A stretch of DNA of 29,457 bases from Candidatus Hodarchaeota archaeon. Its GTDB lineage: Archaea > Asgardarchaeota > Lokiarchaeia > Sigyniarchaeales > SOKP01. Numbering within the stretch: position 1 is the stretch's first letter; every line of letters begins with the position of its first letter. The position numbers and the translations under genes were made by a program. The notes under the pieces are model-generated. The model saw only the letters and a list, made by a program, of their open reading frames with translations. It did not search any database and was not told the origin of the DNA. The DNA lies in the NCBI GenBank assembly GCA_048886685.1, contig JBHLKM010000029.1, positions 1 through 29,457 on the forward strand, written 5' to 3'. This document shows, in pieces, positions 1 through 8,351 of this stretch.

Positions 1-582
1 GATAAAAAATCCGGTTTAAACGTTTATATACAAAATTTTTCAGAGAAAAAAATTGAAGCATCGCTAATATCTGGATTTTTACAAGCAATCCATTCGTTTG
101 GGATTGAATTAATTAAGGTTGAGGATCAATCTCAGACAATTAAATTAGAATATAAGGATTCAATTATCTTAATGAGCGAATTCGTCAATATTAGAATAAT
201 AATGATAATGAAAGAAAGCCCATCTAGATTTTTTCTATACGCACTCGAAGATTTAGCCTATGATATTTATAAAAATTTCGGAGGATTAATAGATACTTTT
301 GATGGAGATGTTAAGCCTTTTAAATCAATTGAGATCTTGCTAAAACAACATTTAAACGTATCTTTTATATATCCCTTAAGAATTGCTAAAATTGAAAAAC
401 TTAAGAAGATTAGAATTACACAAAATGAAAGAGTGTATATTAATAAGGCAGTAAATTTGATGAAAACCACTAATTTAGATTACTTTTTCATAAAATCATT
501 ATTACCTGAAGAAGAATGTAATCCAAAAGATATAGAGAATTTACTTAGCTTAATGGAAAAGAACGTATTTCAGTTGGCATAA
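1..582 (+). CDS. 5'-truncated CDS; C-terminal longin-like plus helical domain, paralog of the C-terminus of the next gene
   Basis: Frame 1 is open from base 1 (DKKSGLNVYIQNFSEKKIEASLISGFLQAIHSFGIELIKVEDQSQTIKLEYKDSIILMSEF...) to TAA at 580-582. It shares GLN.Y, ASLI.GFL.AI..FGIEL, QSQTIKLEY, MSEF, MKE.PS, IYPL and DYFF with the 728-2974 protein. The ORF-track start at 172 is internal. Confidence 0.85.
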   Translation, partial: DKKSGLNVYIQNFSEKKIEASLISGFLQAIHSFGIELIKVEDQSQTIKLEYKDSIILMSEFVNIRIIMIMKESPSRFFLYALEDLAYDIYKNFGGLIDTFDGDVKPFKSIEILLKQHLNVSFIYPLRIAKIEKLKKIRITQNERVYINKAVNLMKTTNLDYFFIKSLLPEEECNPKDIENLLSLMEKNVFQLA

Positions 583-589
583 AAAATTA

Positions 590-603
590 ATTTTTTCTTT
601 TTT
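590..603 (+). terminator. Oligo-T tract, probable archaeal terminator
   Basis: T-rich run just after the stop at 582. Confidence 0.35.
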
Positions 604-727
604 AATCTCATTTATATTAATTAAAGTCTAAATTTCACTTTTATTTTTTCTTTAATTGATCGCTACTAGACATAACAATACCATAAATAAATCAAATTTA
701 TATTTTCAAATTATCATGTATGAAATA

Positions 728-2974
728 ATGAAAAAATTTGGTTATTCTTTACCGATAATTAGTATTTTTTTTACTTCAATTATTGCTTTAAGCATAGTTC
801 AATATATTGATATTTCTTATGCTCAAGGCAATGATGGGACTATAGATCTATCATCCAAATTTCAAATGACAGAAATTACAGAAAATATCGACAATATTAC
901 GAGTGTAAGCTCAATAAACATACCATTACCTTCAGAGAGCTGGAACATTACAAACATCGAACTGAACATTACTGACGTTAAATTAGGCAAAGAAGTTAAA
1001 TCTATTGAAGATAAGGGCCAATCCATTGAAATTATAGATTCAAAAGGAAAATTAGGCTATGGAGTAGAACTAAATATAACTGAGCCTACTATTTTATTTG
1101 GTGTTTATATATATGGGTATATAACAGGAAATCCTGTCTTTCCTGTTTATGTTCAAATACAAGGGTATAATATTGGTACTGATGCACCAGATGAGAATAT
1201 TTTAGGGACTACTGCAATAAATCTATCAAGTCCCGGTTGGCACTTACAAATATTTGAAGAAGCGGTTTCACTTTCTTCAGGCAAATATTATTTGGTAATA
1301 AATGGTTCTGAATTGACTTTTCCAGCAGATAAATCAACTTATAATTGGTTTTATAATGGAAGTGGTTCTATTAATAATTTGAAAACAGCTCTTTATGATG
1401 GTGATTGGAAACAATATGATATTGGAGAACCATTCTTGCATAAACTAGTTCAACGAGTTAATCGATCTTTTAATCCTGAGGAAGTTAACATGACTGCTGA
1501 ATTTAATGGATTTTCATATCCTATACTAGATGGACCAGTTCAATCTACTGGAAGTCTTACAATTAGTGAATTGATTGCCCCAAATAGTACAAATTTTAAT
1601 ATTGCAATTAAAAATAATTGTTCGATCGATTTATTATTTAATTTGAGTTATCATATTAAATTAATCAATAATTTTTATTCTGATGGGCAAGTATTATTAA
1701 GCGTTGGTTCAGCTAATACATGGGTTTTAACTCCTAATATCAATAAAATTCACTATAATTATACAGTTAAATTTAATTATCCTACTTCATGGTATAACTT
1801 TTCAATAATAAGAGATGGAATAGATGTCACTTCAAATGTTACTATAAATCCAGTGGATCATTATATTTTATTCCCAAATAAAACGATAATTGATGGGGCT
1901 TCATGGGAAATATTTGCTAATTCTCCTAATGTAGTTTTATCATTGAATACACCAAAATTAAAATTCGGTCCAAACCAAGATTTAGAATTTTCTGTTTTGC
2001 CGCCTATTAATCCAGGGAATCTTACGTATATATTGATAAATTCATTAGGATTTGAGGAGTACAGGGAGACAATTGAAATAACACAAATAACTACATATCA
2101 AATAGTATTATCTTACACATTATCCTCTAATCCAAATGAAGGAATCTACTGGGCTTATATTTATTGGTTTGATGGAGAAAATGGAGGGATCAAATCTCAA
2201 GATTTTCAAATCAATATTCCATTCGTTTTAGATCCAATATATATTATTATAATCGCTGTAGGTTCAATTGCTCTCGCAGGTGCTAGTTTTACATCATATA
2301 AACTTATCAAAAGATCAAATAGAATCCATCAAGAATTCAGACAAAAAATATATAATAAATATATGGATGTCTTGAATTTAGATTATTTTATTATTATTGA
2401 AAAAAGAACTGGGTTAAATATTTATGAACAGATGCTTGCGGGAAAGGATATGGATGCGTCACTCATTACAGGCTTTTTGGAAGCTATTCGTAATTTTGGT
2501 ATAGAATTAACAGGGGCTAATGAACAATCTCAAACTATAAAACTAGAATATCACAAATCTAAGGTAATAATGTCTGAATTTAAAGATTTTAGAATTTTAC
2601 TTGTAATGAAAGAAAATCCCTCTCAGGACTTTTTAGACTCAATAAAATCATTATCATATGATATTGATAATACTTACGGTAAAGATATTGTAAAATTTAC
2701 CGGAAACATTGATAAATTTGCAAATATTAGAGATTTATTGGATCAGCATTTAGTAACTTCTTTAATTTATCCATTGGAATTACAACATCAAAATGTAAAA
2801 ATAAACTCAGATGAAAAAGCAATGATTAAAAGAGCTGAAGAAATTATGAAAATGAGGAAAACTGATTATTTCTTCCTCTCTTACTTACTTTACGCTAAAA
2901 AAGGCTTTCAAGTAAAAGACGCTGAAACAGTCCTCAATCTAATAGGCAAAAAGATATTTCAACCTAAAATATAA
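728..2974 (+). CDS. Secreted single-pass membrane protein with large beta-rich ectodomain and cytoplasmic longin-like C-terminal domain
   Basis: ATG at 728 gives a signal peptide (MKKFGYSLPIISIFFTSIIALSIVQY); alternative starts at 716 and 656. Many N-x-S/T sequons, one TM helix (PIYIIIIAVGSIALAGASF) followed by basic residues, then a longin-like region (GLNIYEQ...DASLITGFLEAIRNFGIEL). Confidence 0.8.
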   Translation: MKKFGYSLPIISIFFTSIIALSIVQYIDISYAQGNDGTIDLSSKFQMTEITENIDNITSVSSINIPLPSESWNITNIELNITDVKLGKEVKSIEDKGQSIEIIDSKGKLGYGVELNITEPTILFGVYIYGYITGNPVFPVYVQIQGYNIGTDAPDENILGTTAINLSSPGWHLQIFEEAVSLSSGKYYLVINGSELTFPADKSTYNWFYNGSGSINNLKTALYDGDWKQYDIGEPFLHKLVQRVNRSFNPEEVNMTAEFNGFSYPILDGPVQSTGSLTISELIAPNSTNFNIAIKNNCSIDLLFNLSYHIKLINNFYSDGQVLLSVGSANTWVLTPNINKIHYNYTVKFNYPTSWYNFSIIRDGIDVTSNVTINPVDHYILFPNKTIIDGASWEIFANSPNVVLSLNTPKLKFGPNQDLEFSVLPPINPGNLTYILINSLGFEEYRETIEITQITTYQIVLSYTLSSNPNEGIYWAYIYWFDGENGGIKSQDFQINIPFVLDPIYIIIIAVGSIALAGASFTSYKLIKRSNRIHQEFRQKIYNKYMDVLNLDYFIIIEKRTGLNIYEQMLAGKDMDASLITGFLEAIRNFGIELTGANEQSQTIKLEYHKSKVIMSEFKDFRILLVMKENPSQDFLDSIKSLSYDIDNTYGKDIVKFTGNIDKFANIRDLLDQHLVTSLIYPLELQHQNVKINSDEKAMIKRAEEIMKMRKTDYFFLSYLLYAKKGFQVKDAETVLNLIGKKIFQPKI

Positions 2975-2999
2975 AAAAAAAGAAAAATTTTTTTTATCC

Positions 3000-3587
3000 T
3001 TATTTTTTTCTCCACTTTACAAAATATAAAATTATAAGTACAATAGCAGCTAAACCACCAAAAATTATAACAATCCACATGAAGGTCAACATATATGAAT
3101 ACAGCCAATAGGTGTATGGTTTGTCGCCAAATGGCGTATTGTAGTTCCCATCCACTGCAATATAAATACAATAAGCAATAAACATAAAGATACTAAATCC
3201 ACCACCGCCACCACCATATTTTTGTGCTTTACGTGCTTTTTCTTTTTTCTCCCTATCTTTAAATTCCTGTTTTTCTTCTTCAGGTAATCTGCGCCACCAT
3301 AAATATCCACCAATACCAAAAAATAAACCTGCTGGGACTCCAACAAATAATAAATCCCATAGAATTAAAATTATTATGAATCCCACGAGATAATTAAGCG
3401 TCCAACTGTTAAAAGTACCGATACGTGGATCTACAAAAGGATTTGCCTCTATAACCCAAAGTAATACTAATATTAAACCTATAAAAGCAAATACTCCTGC
3501 TATTATAACTACTATTAATGTTTTCCAGTGTTTTCGAAGTATGTTCTTCCAAAACGTCCAATCTTCTAAATCTTCATTTTCACTCAT
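3000..3587 (-). CDS. Hypothetical integral membrane protein (about 4 TM) with Gly-rich loop
   Basis: 195-aa ORF with four hydrophobic segments and a charged loop ending in GGGGGG. Confidence 0.8.
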   Translation of the reverse strand: MSENEDLEDWTFWKNILRKHWKTLIVVIIAGVFAFIGLILVLLWVIEANPFVDPRIGTFNSWTLNYLVGFIIILILWDLLFVGVPAGLFFGIGGYLWWRRLPEEEKQEFKDREKKEKARKAQKYGGGGGGFSIFMFIAYCIYIAVDGNYNTPFGDKPYTYWLYSYMLTFMWIVIIFGGLAAIVLIILYFVKWRKK

Positions 3588-3780
3588 TTTTAATGCCTTT
3601 GAATAATTTTTTTTTTCTATAGAATAAAAATCTTAGAATTTTGATATATAGTAAAGATATTAAAAGATTAGGAGTCCATTATTTAAAAATATTGATTTTA
3701 GTTTAAATATTAAAGAAAAGAATTAAGAAATATGAAATATTCCTTCTAAAAAATTAAATTTAATTCGTTTTTGAAGGGAA

Positions 3781-5448
3781 GTGATTAATATCGCAGTTAC
3801 CTTTATGAGGAAACTAGAACTCGAACCAGATACCTATGATGAGCAATTTACAGTTTTAACAAAAGGCGTTAATTTAGAAGTTAAAGATTGGATTTCAGAA
3901 CGGATTGGAACATCTAAATATATATTAGAAGTAGGATGTGGTACAGGCGCCCTTGCTGCTAAGATCGCACTACAAGGGAATGATGTTTTAGCAATAGACA
4001 AAAATTTTCAAATGATAAATACTGCCATGAAGAACTATCCTTCTGAAAATGATGTAAAACTAATCTATCAAATAGGAACTATCAGAGAATTACCCGCTGA
4101 TGAAGAATCAAAAGATTTTATTGTAAGTACATTTATGCTTTCTGAGCTAGGACCATTTGAACAACAAATTTTTCTACGAAATGCTTGGAAAGTATTGAAA
4201 CCAGGGGGTAAATTAATAGTCGCTGCTGAATTTATGCCTTCTGGATTTTGGAAAATAACATTTAGAGTAAAACGATGGTGGTACAAGAAAAAATTAAGAA
4301 GACTGCGACTACCAAGTACCTCAGTCGTCAAATGGTTTTTTAATTATATAGAACCTATAGGATTCAAAATCAGTGCAGAGCGAAGATGGAAAAAGGGAAC
4401 AATTAAAGCTCTGGAATTAGAAAAGGTTGGAGAGAACCCAAATTATTATCGCCCTGCACAAAAAAAATTCAAAGGGCTTCTAGGACAATTTCAAATATAC
4501 CGATGTATTTTAACAGGACAAGTAGATCATATTCCTATTGAACCCGGAATTTATCAATCTGGAAAACCAGACCAAAAATCGCCAATAATCGCAACTGCAA
4601 ACTATATTTATACATATATAAAAGTCATGAGATCTCTTAAAGGAATAGATGCTTGGGTACTATGTGTAGATTCAAGAGGAATAAATGTTTGGTGTGCGGC
4701 TCGAGGGGATGATTTTGGCAACAGACAATTAATTGAAGCTGTTGAAGCAACAGGAATAGATAAAATAACGAATAGAAAAACATTGATCCTTCCTCAACTT
4801 TCAGCGGGAGGTGTTGCTGCACCATTAATCTCCATTGAATCTCCTGATTTTCCATTCAATCTATTATATGGTCCAGTATGGGCTAAATATTTACCTAAAT
4901 ACTTAGAAGGACGTCCTGCGAAAAAACCAGATAAGTGGAAATTGGCCAGATTTACTGGTTCTCATCGATTAAGAGCGTTTATAACACACACGACATTTTT
5001 ATTGAGAAAGATTTTCTTTTGGCCAACAATTTTCATTCTTCTGCTCCTTTTAGGGTTAAGTTTTGTTAGTACATTTTGGATCGACAAATTTTGGAGGATT
5101 GGAGAGATATGGCTTTGGATAATTCTTAGTAATTTTCTCATAGCGTCTCTCTTCCCTCTTACGAATTTCACACGGAAATTTCTTATTAAAGGGATGATCT
5201 TTGGGATATTAAATGTTTTATTTCTCGGTGCGATAACATGGATAATTCATCGTTCACTACTATTAATTATATGGAATTTTTGTTTCTATTTCTGGCTAGC
5301 GTTCTTCTCAACTATGAGTTTTAGTGGTTATTCGATGGCTACTAGTCCCGCTGAGATTCAAGAGGAATATCCAATTTTTAGGAAATTGCATCTTCCATTG
5401 TTGTTCATTGGATTGATTACAATTACTTTCGGATTTATCTTTTATTAA
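3781..5448 (+). CDS. hgcA: Fusion of a class I SAM-dependent methyltransferase with an HgcA-like corrinoid protein and C-terminal membrane domain
   Basis: N-terminal third: ILEVGCGTG (motif I), AIDKN, DFIVSTFMLSEL, LKPGGKLIV. Middle: EPGIY..GKPD..SPIIATANY, DAWVLCVDSRGINVWCAARG, LILPQLSAGGVAA, YGPV. C-terminus: 4-5 TM helices ending MSFSGYSMATS..EIQEE (HgcA pattern MNFTG.T..TS.SGV..E). GTG start is preceded by GAAGGGAA; alternative ATG at 3805. The symbol means hgcA-like; mercury methylation is not demonstrated. Confidence 0.85.
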   Translation: MINIAVTFMRKLELEPDTYDEQFTVLTKGVNLEVKDWISERIGTSKYILEVGCGTGALAAKIALQGNDVLAIDKNFQMINTAMKNYPSENDVKLIYQIGTIRELPADEESKDFIVSTFMLSELGPFEQQIFLRNAWKVLKPGGKLIVAAEFMPSGFWKITFRVKRWWYKKKLRRLRLPSTSVVKWFFNYIEPIGFKISAERRWKKGTIKALELEKVGENPNYYRPAQKKFKGLLGQFQIYRCILTGQVDHIPIEPGIYQSGKPDQKSPIIATANYIYTYIKVMRSLKGIDAWVLCVDSRGINVWCAARGDDFGNRQLIEAVEATGIDKITNRKTLILPQLSAGGVAAPLISIESPDFPFNLLYGPVWAKYLPKYLEGRPAKKPDKWKLARFTGSHRLRAFITHTTFLLRKIFFWPTIFILLLLLGLSFVSTFWIDKFWRIGEIWLWIILSNFLIASLFPLTNFTRKFLIKGMIFGILNVLFLGAITWIIHRSLLLIIWNFCFYFWLAFFSTMSFSGYSMATSPAEIQEEYPIFRKLHLPLLFIGLITITFGFIFY

Positions 5449-5508
5449 ATAAAAGAATAACATAAATATGAAAAAACATATTATCTTATTAAAACATTAA
5501 ATAAGGAT

Positions 5509-5814
5509 GTGTTTGAAATAACCCTAAAACCCTCCTCGATTCAAATAACAATAACACTTCCAAAAATATCAATCGATCCAGATTTATGCACTGGATGTGG
5601 AATCTGCGCAGAAATCTGCCCTTTTGGAATTCCCCAACCAAATAATGTTGGGAAATTCGAAATATATGAACCTGAAAGATGCACTGAGTGTAGTGCATGT
5701 AAAAGAAATTGTCCTGCAATGGCAATTCTTCTCCAAGAGCGTAAAGGGTGTGGATGCTTATGGGATGCTCGAGCTCGATCCAAAAATCCCCAGAGTAATA
5801 GTTGTTGTGGATAG
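5509..5814 (+). CDS. hgcB: HgcB-like 2x[4Fe-4S] ferredoxin
   Basis: CTGCGICAEICP and CTECSACKRNCP ferredoxin motifs (HgcB consensus C(M/I)ECGAC), GCGC (HgcB GVGC), C-terminal SCCG; lies 60 bp downstream of the hgcA-like gene. Confidence 0.8.
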   Translation: MFEITLKPSSIQITITLPKISIDPDLCTGCGICAEICPFGIPQPNNVGKFEIYEPERCTECSACKRNCPAMAILLQERKGCGCLWDARARSKNPQSNSCCG

Positions 5815-5825
5815 GAATCTTGAAC

Positions 5826-7160
5826 TTATGTTTCTTTTTCCTCCTTTAGGTTGCTACCACAATAAGTACAAAACTTTTGATCGAAACTAATTGGAGTTTG
5901 GCAAAATGGGCAAAATAAATCTTCCGGGATAATCTCTTTGGTCTTTGGTTCTTTAAATCTCTTTTTTCGTGGTTTAGGTGTTTCAGATGGTACATATATT
6001 TTCCTATAAACTATTACACTAATTGCTATTCCTATCAAAGAAAAAACTCCAATAAAAATGAAAATTAACATGAAATATTCATTTTCTCCGCTTGGAAGAG
6101 TTGGTTCTTCATCTATATTAACTGTAAAATATACTAGATTTGATTTATAATAATAGCCGGAAGTGCTTCTTCCATATATTCTTAATGAATGAACTCCATT
6201 TATTGGCATTGGAATAGTAGTATCTCCTAATATCGATTTGTTAGTTTGACCATCTAGTGAATACCCTATCCACTCTAGAACAGTATCATTCTCAAAACTT
6301 AATAATAACCCTTCATCTACATTATCTCCTATATTATAATTAGGATCCCAAGAATATCCAACAGCATCGAAATAGGTTGAATAACCCGAATAACCGTCAG
6401 CCGCTAAAAATATAATGCTTTCAAGGTATACTTGATCATGAGTCCCTACCAGTGGGTATTGACCATATTGTACTTCATCAATATAAACTTGCCACTGCCC
6501 TTCTGATAATCCTTCATAAGCTCCACTTGAGCATTCGAAATCAATGCGGATGTGGTACCACATGTTATCAGAAGCACTTTTTCCTATATCAAACCATTGA
6601 AAGCCTGGCGAATAATAACGCCTGAACTTATCATTTTGAATTGAAAGTACAACTGAGTAGTACCCAATTGAAAGTGGTTCCATTACCCAAATGTCGGTAC
6701 GATCAGTGGCATCCTCTATTCTCCACCATAATTCAATTGTTCCAGATGATTGATTGTCGTTAAAAATATTATTAACATAGGGGGCATCCACAGAATCTAC
6801 ATGATCCATTTCTACCACTTTCTTATGACCATCTAATGTTGGAATTATATTTATTGGATTATCTCCTACTTCATTAACCGTCCACCCAAAAGGATCTGCA
6901 CCATCAACATCATTCTCAAACCCAAAACTTGCAGGATAATACCCACTCATCGGTGTTGTATAAGTTTTATTTTCAGGAGTTGTGATATTGATCTCCTGTG
7001 CACTTATTTTTAAGTTATGATAATTATCTGAAAATTCTTGATCAATTTCTCTCTTTAAACGAAGGTTCTGGACAAATGGAATATAAAGGAAATTGATTAT
7101 TATTAAAATTAGGATAAAAATTATTCTTGATTTCTGTAATGTCCTATTATCTCTCAACAT
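5826..7160 (-). CDS. Membrane-anchored secreted protein (Ig-like and concanavalin/LamG-like ectodomain) with cytoplasmic zinc ribbon
   Basis: N-terminal hydrophobic segment; INITTPENKTY...WIGYSLDGQTN (Ig-like); SGTIELWWR and WYHIRIDF (LamG-like); TM FMLIFIFIGVFSLIGIAISVIVY; C-terminal CPFC...CTYCG. Confidence 0.75.
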   Translation of the reverse strand: MLRDNRTLQKSRIIFILILIIINFLYIPFVQNLRLKREIDQEFSDNYHNLKISAQEINITTPENKTYTTPMSGYYPASFGFENDVDGADPFGWTVNEVGDNPINIIPTLDGHKKVVEMDHVDSVDAPYVNNIFNDNQSSGTIELWWRIEDATDRTDIWVMEPLSIGYYSVVLSIQNDKFRRYYSPGFQWFDIGKSASDNMWYHIRIDFECSSGAYEGLSEGQWQVYIDEVQYGQYPLVGTHDQVYLESIIFLAADGYSGYSTYFDAVGYSWDPNYNIGDNVDEGLLLSFENDTVLEWIGYSLDGQTNKSILGDTTIPMPINGVHSLRIYGRSTSGYYYKSNLVYFTVNIDEEPTLPSGENEYFMLIFIFIGVFSLIGIAISVIVYRKIYVPSETPKPRKKRFKEPKTKEIIPEDLFCPFCQTPISFDQKFCTYCGSNLKEEKET

Positions 7161-7330
7161 ATTTGATGAACATACAGATTTTTATCTTTTTTGAATATTA
7201 AAATATATTAATTCTATATTTATTATAAATCTAACTTAAGATAATTCGATTAAATTAATCATTTTAAATTATTATAGACACCAAAGGAAGTAAATTCAAG
7301 AAACCTAAAAAAAAATTGCATAACTACAAA

Positions 7331-8176
7331 TTAAAAATAGCTTTTCTTCTTTTTTTCTTCAAGATAACTCATTTTTGTAAGGATGTCGATTTCTGAGATG
7401 AGCCAGCATAGTTCATCATAAGAACAACTTGAATTAAACACTTCTTCAGCCTTCTTCCGTATATCTTCAATTGACGGGAGTTCAAGATTTATCTTTTGGA
7501 TACGTTCAGCCAATAACCAACAGAGTTCATTATAAGTGTATTTTTTTAAAGAGAAATAATAAGCTGCTTCTCGTATTTGAGTTTTGAACTCTGGTTCTTC
7601 TACTTGTTCTATAAGTGCTTCTTTTTGAGTAATTTTTTCGGCAAGGAATGTTTCACTATATTCTTTTTCGGCAGATGATTTTTCAGTTTTAATAACTTTG
7701 ACAGTTTCTGAGGTTTCGTCAGCTTTTAGTCCTGGTTCCAAACTTCTATGTTCTTTAATTTGAGTCAGCCATTCTCTTAACCTCGTTTCAACTTTAATTT
7801 CACGCTCCTCTGGTGTTCCATCAAGTTTAATAGATTCAATCTTTTCAGGGGAGACTTCAAATACGAACTCGGGTCTTCTTTCAATAGAAACTCCTGGAAT
7901 TAATCCCTTTTTGAGATGATGCATCATTGCTAAAAAGGAACCATATTCTCTTTTTTCTTTCATGATGAGTATTTTTGTAGAACCACCACGTTCTTTATCC
8001 AGTTTTCTTGCAGTTTCAGCAGTGATATCCTTTTTTTCTTGTTGGACTTTTGATCCCACCCAAATATATATCGTGTTTTTTTTTTCATCATCTACAAGAT
8101 AAACATCATTTTCCTCAAAGGATAATTTATCTAATTGGATTAATTCTCCTTTTTCACTGATTTTATATAATCGCAT
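7331..8176 (-). CDS. Gelsolin/villin-domain protein (single gelsolin domain, acidic linker, duplicated C-terminal helical motif)
   Basis: LYKI...SFEENDVYLVDD...IYIWVGSK...EK...A..LDKERGG...E..E...F is the gelsolin repeat pattern. C-terminal repeats IREAAYY...YNELCWLLAE and IRKKAEE...YDELCWLISE. Confidence 0.8.
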   Translation of the reverse strand: MRLYKISEKGELIQLDKLSFEENDVYLVDDEKKNTIYIWVGSKVQQEKKDITAETARKLDKERGGSTKILIMKEKREYGSFLAMMHHLKKGLIPGVSIERRPEFVFEVSPEKIESIKLDGTPEEREIKVETRLREWLTQIKEHRSLEPGLKADETSETVKVIKTEKSSAEKEYSETFLAEKITQKEALIEQVEEPEFKTQIREAAYYFSLKKYTYNELCWLLAERIQKINLELPSIEDIRKKAEEVFNSSCSYDELCWLISEIDILTKMSYLEEKKKKSYF

Positions 8177-8351
8177 TTTACTCTCTCTAAAGAATATTCT
8201 TATAATATAGAAATAAATACAATTTTAGTTTAAAAATCTTTTTTGCCCACATAAATTTTTGGTTTACTTAAATTTTTTAATAATTTCTCTATTATGTTTT
8301 TAACAAAAAAATGCACGATACAAACAAAATTTTTGAAAGTTGAGTAATGAA

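Noticed and set aside
656-727. N-terminal extension of the 772-aa ORF from TTG 656
   Set aside because: AT-rich promoter-like sequence; ATG at 716 or 728 puts the signal peptide at the N-terminus.
4500-5000. Corrinoid domain as an acetyl-CoA synthase CFeSP subunit (CdhE/AcsC)
   Set aside because: The WCA cap-helix Cys, C-terminal TM domain and adjacent HgcB-like ferredoxin are HgcA features; there is no TIM-barrel or N-terminal Fe-S domain and no cdh genes nearby.
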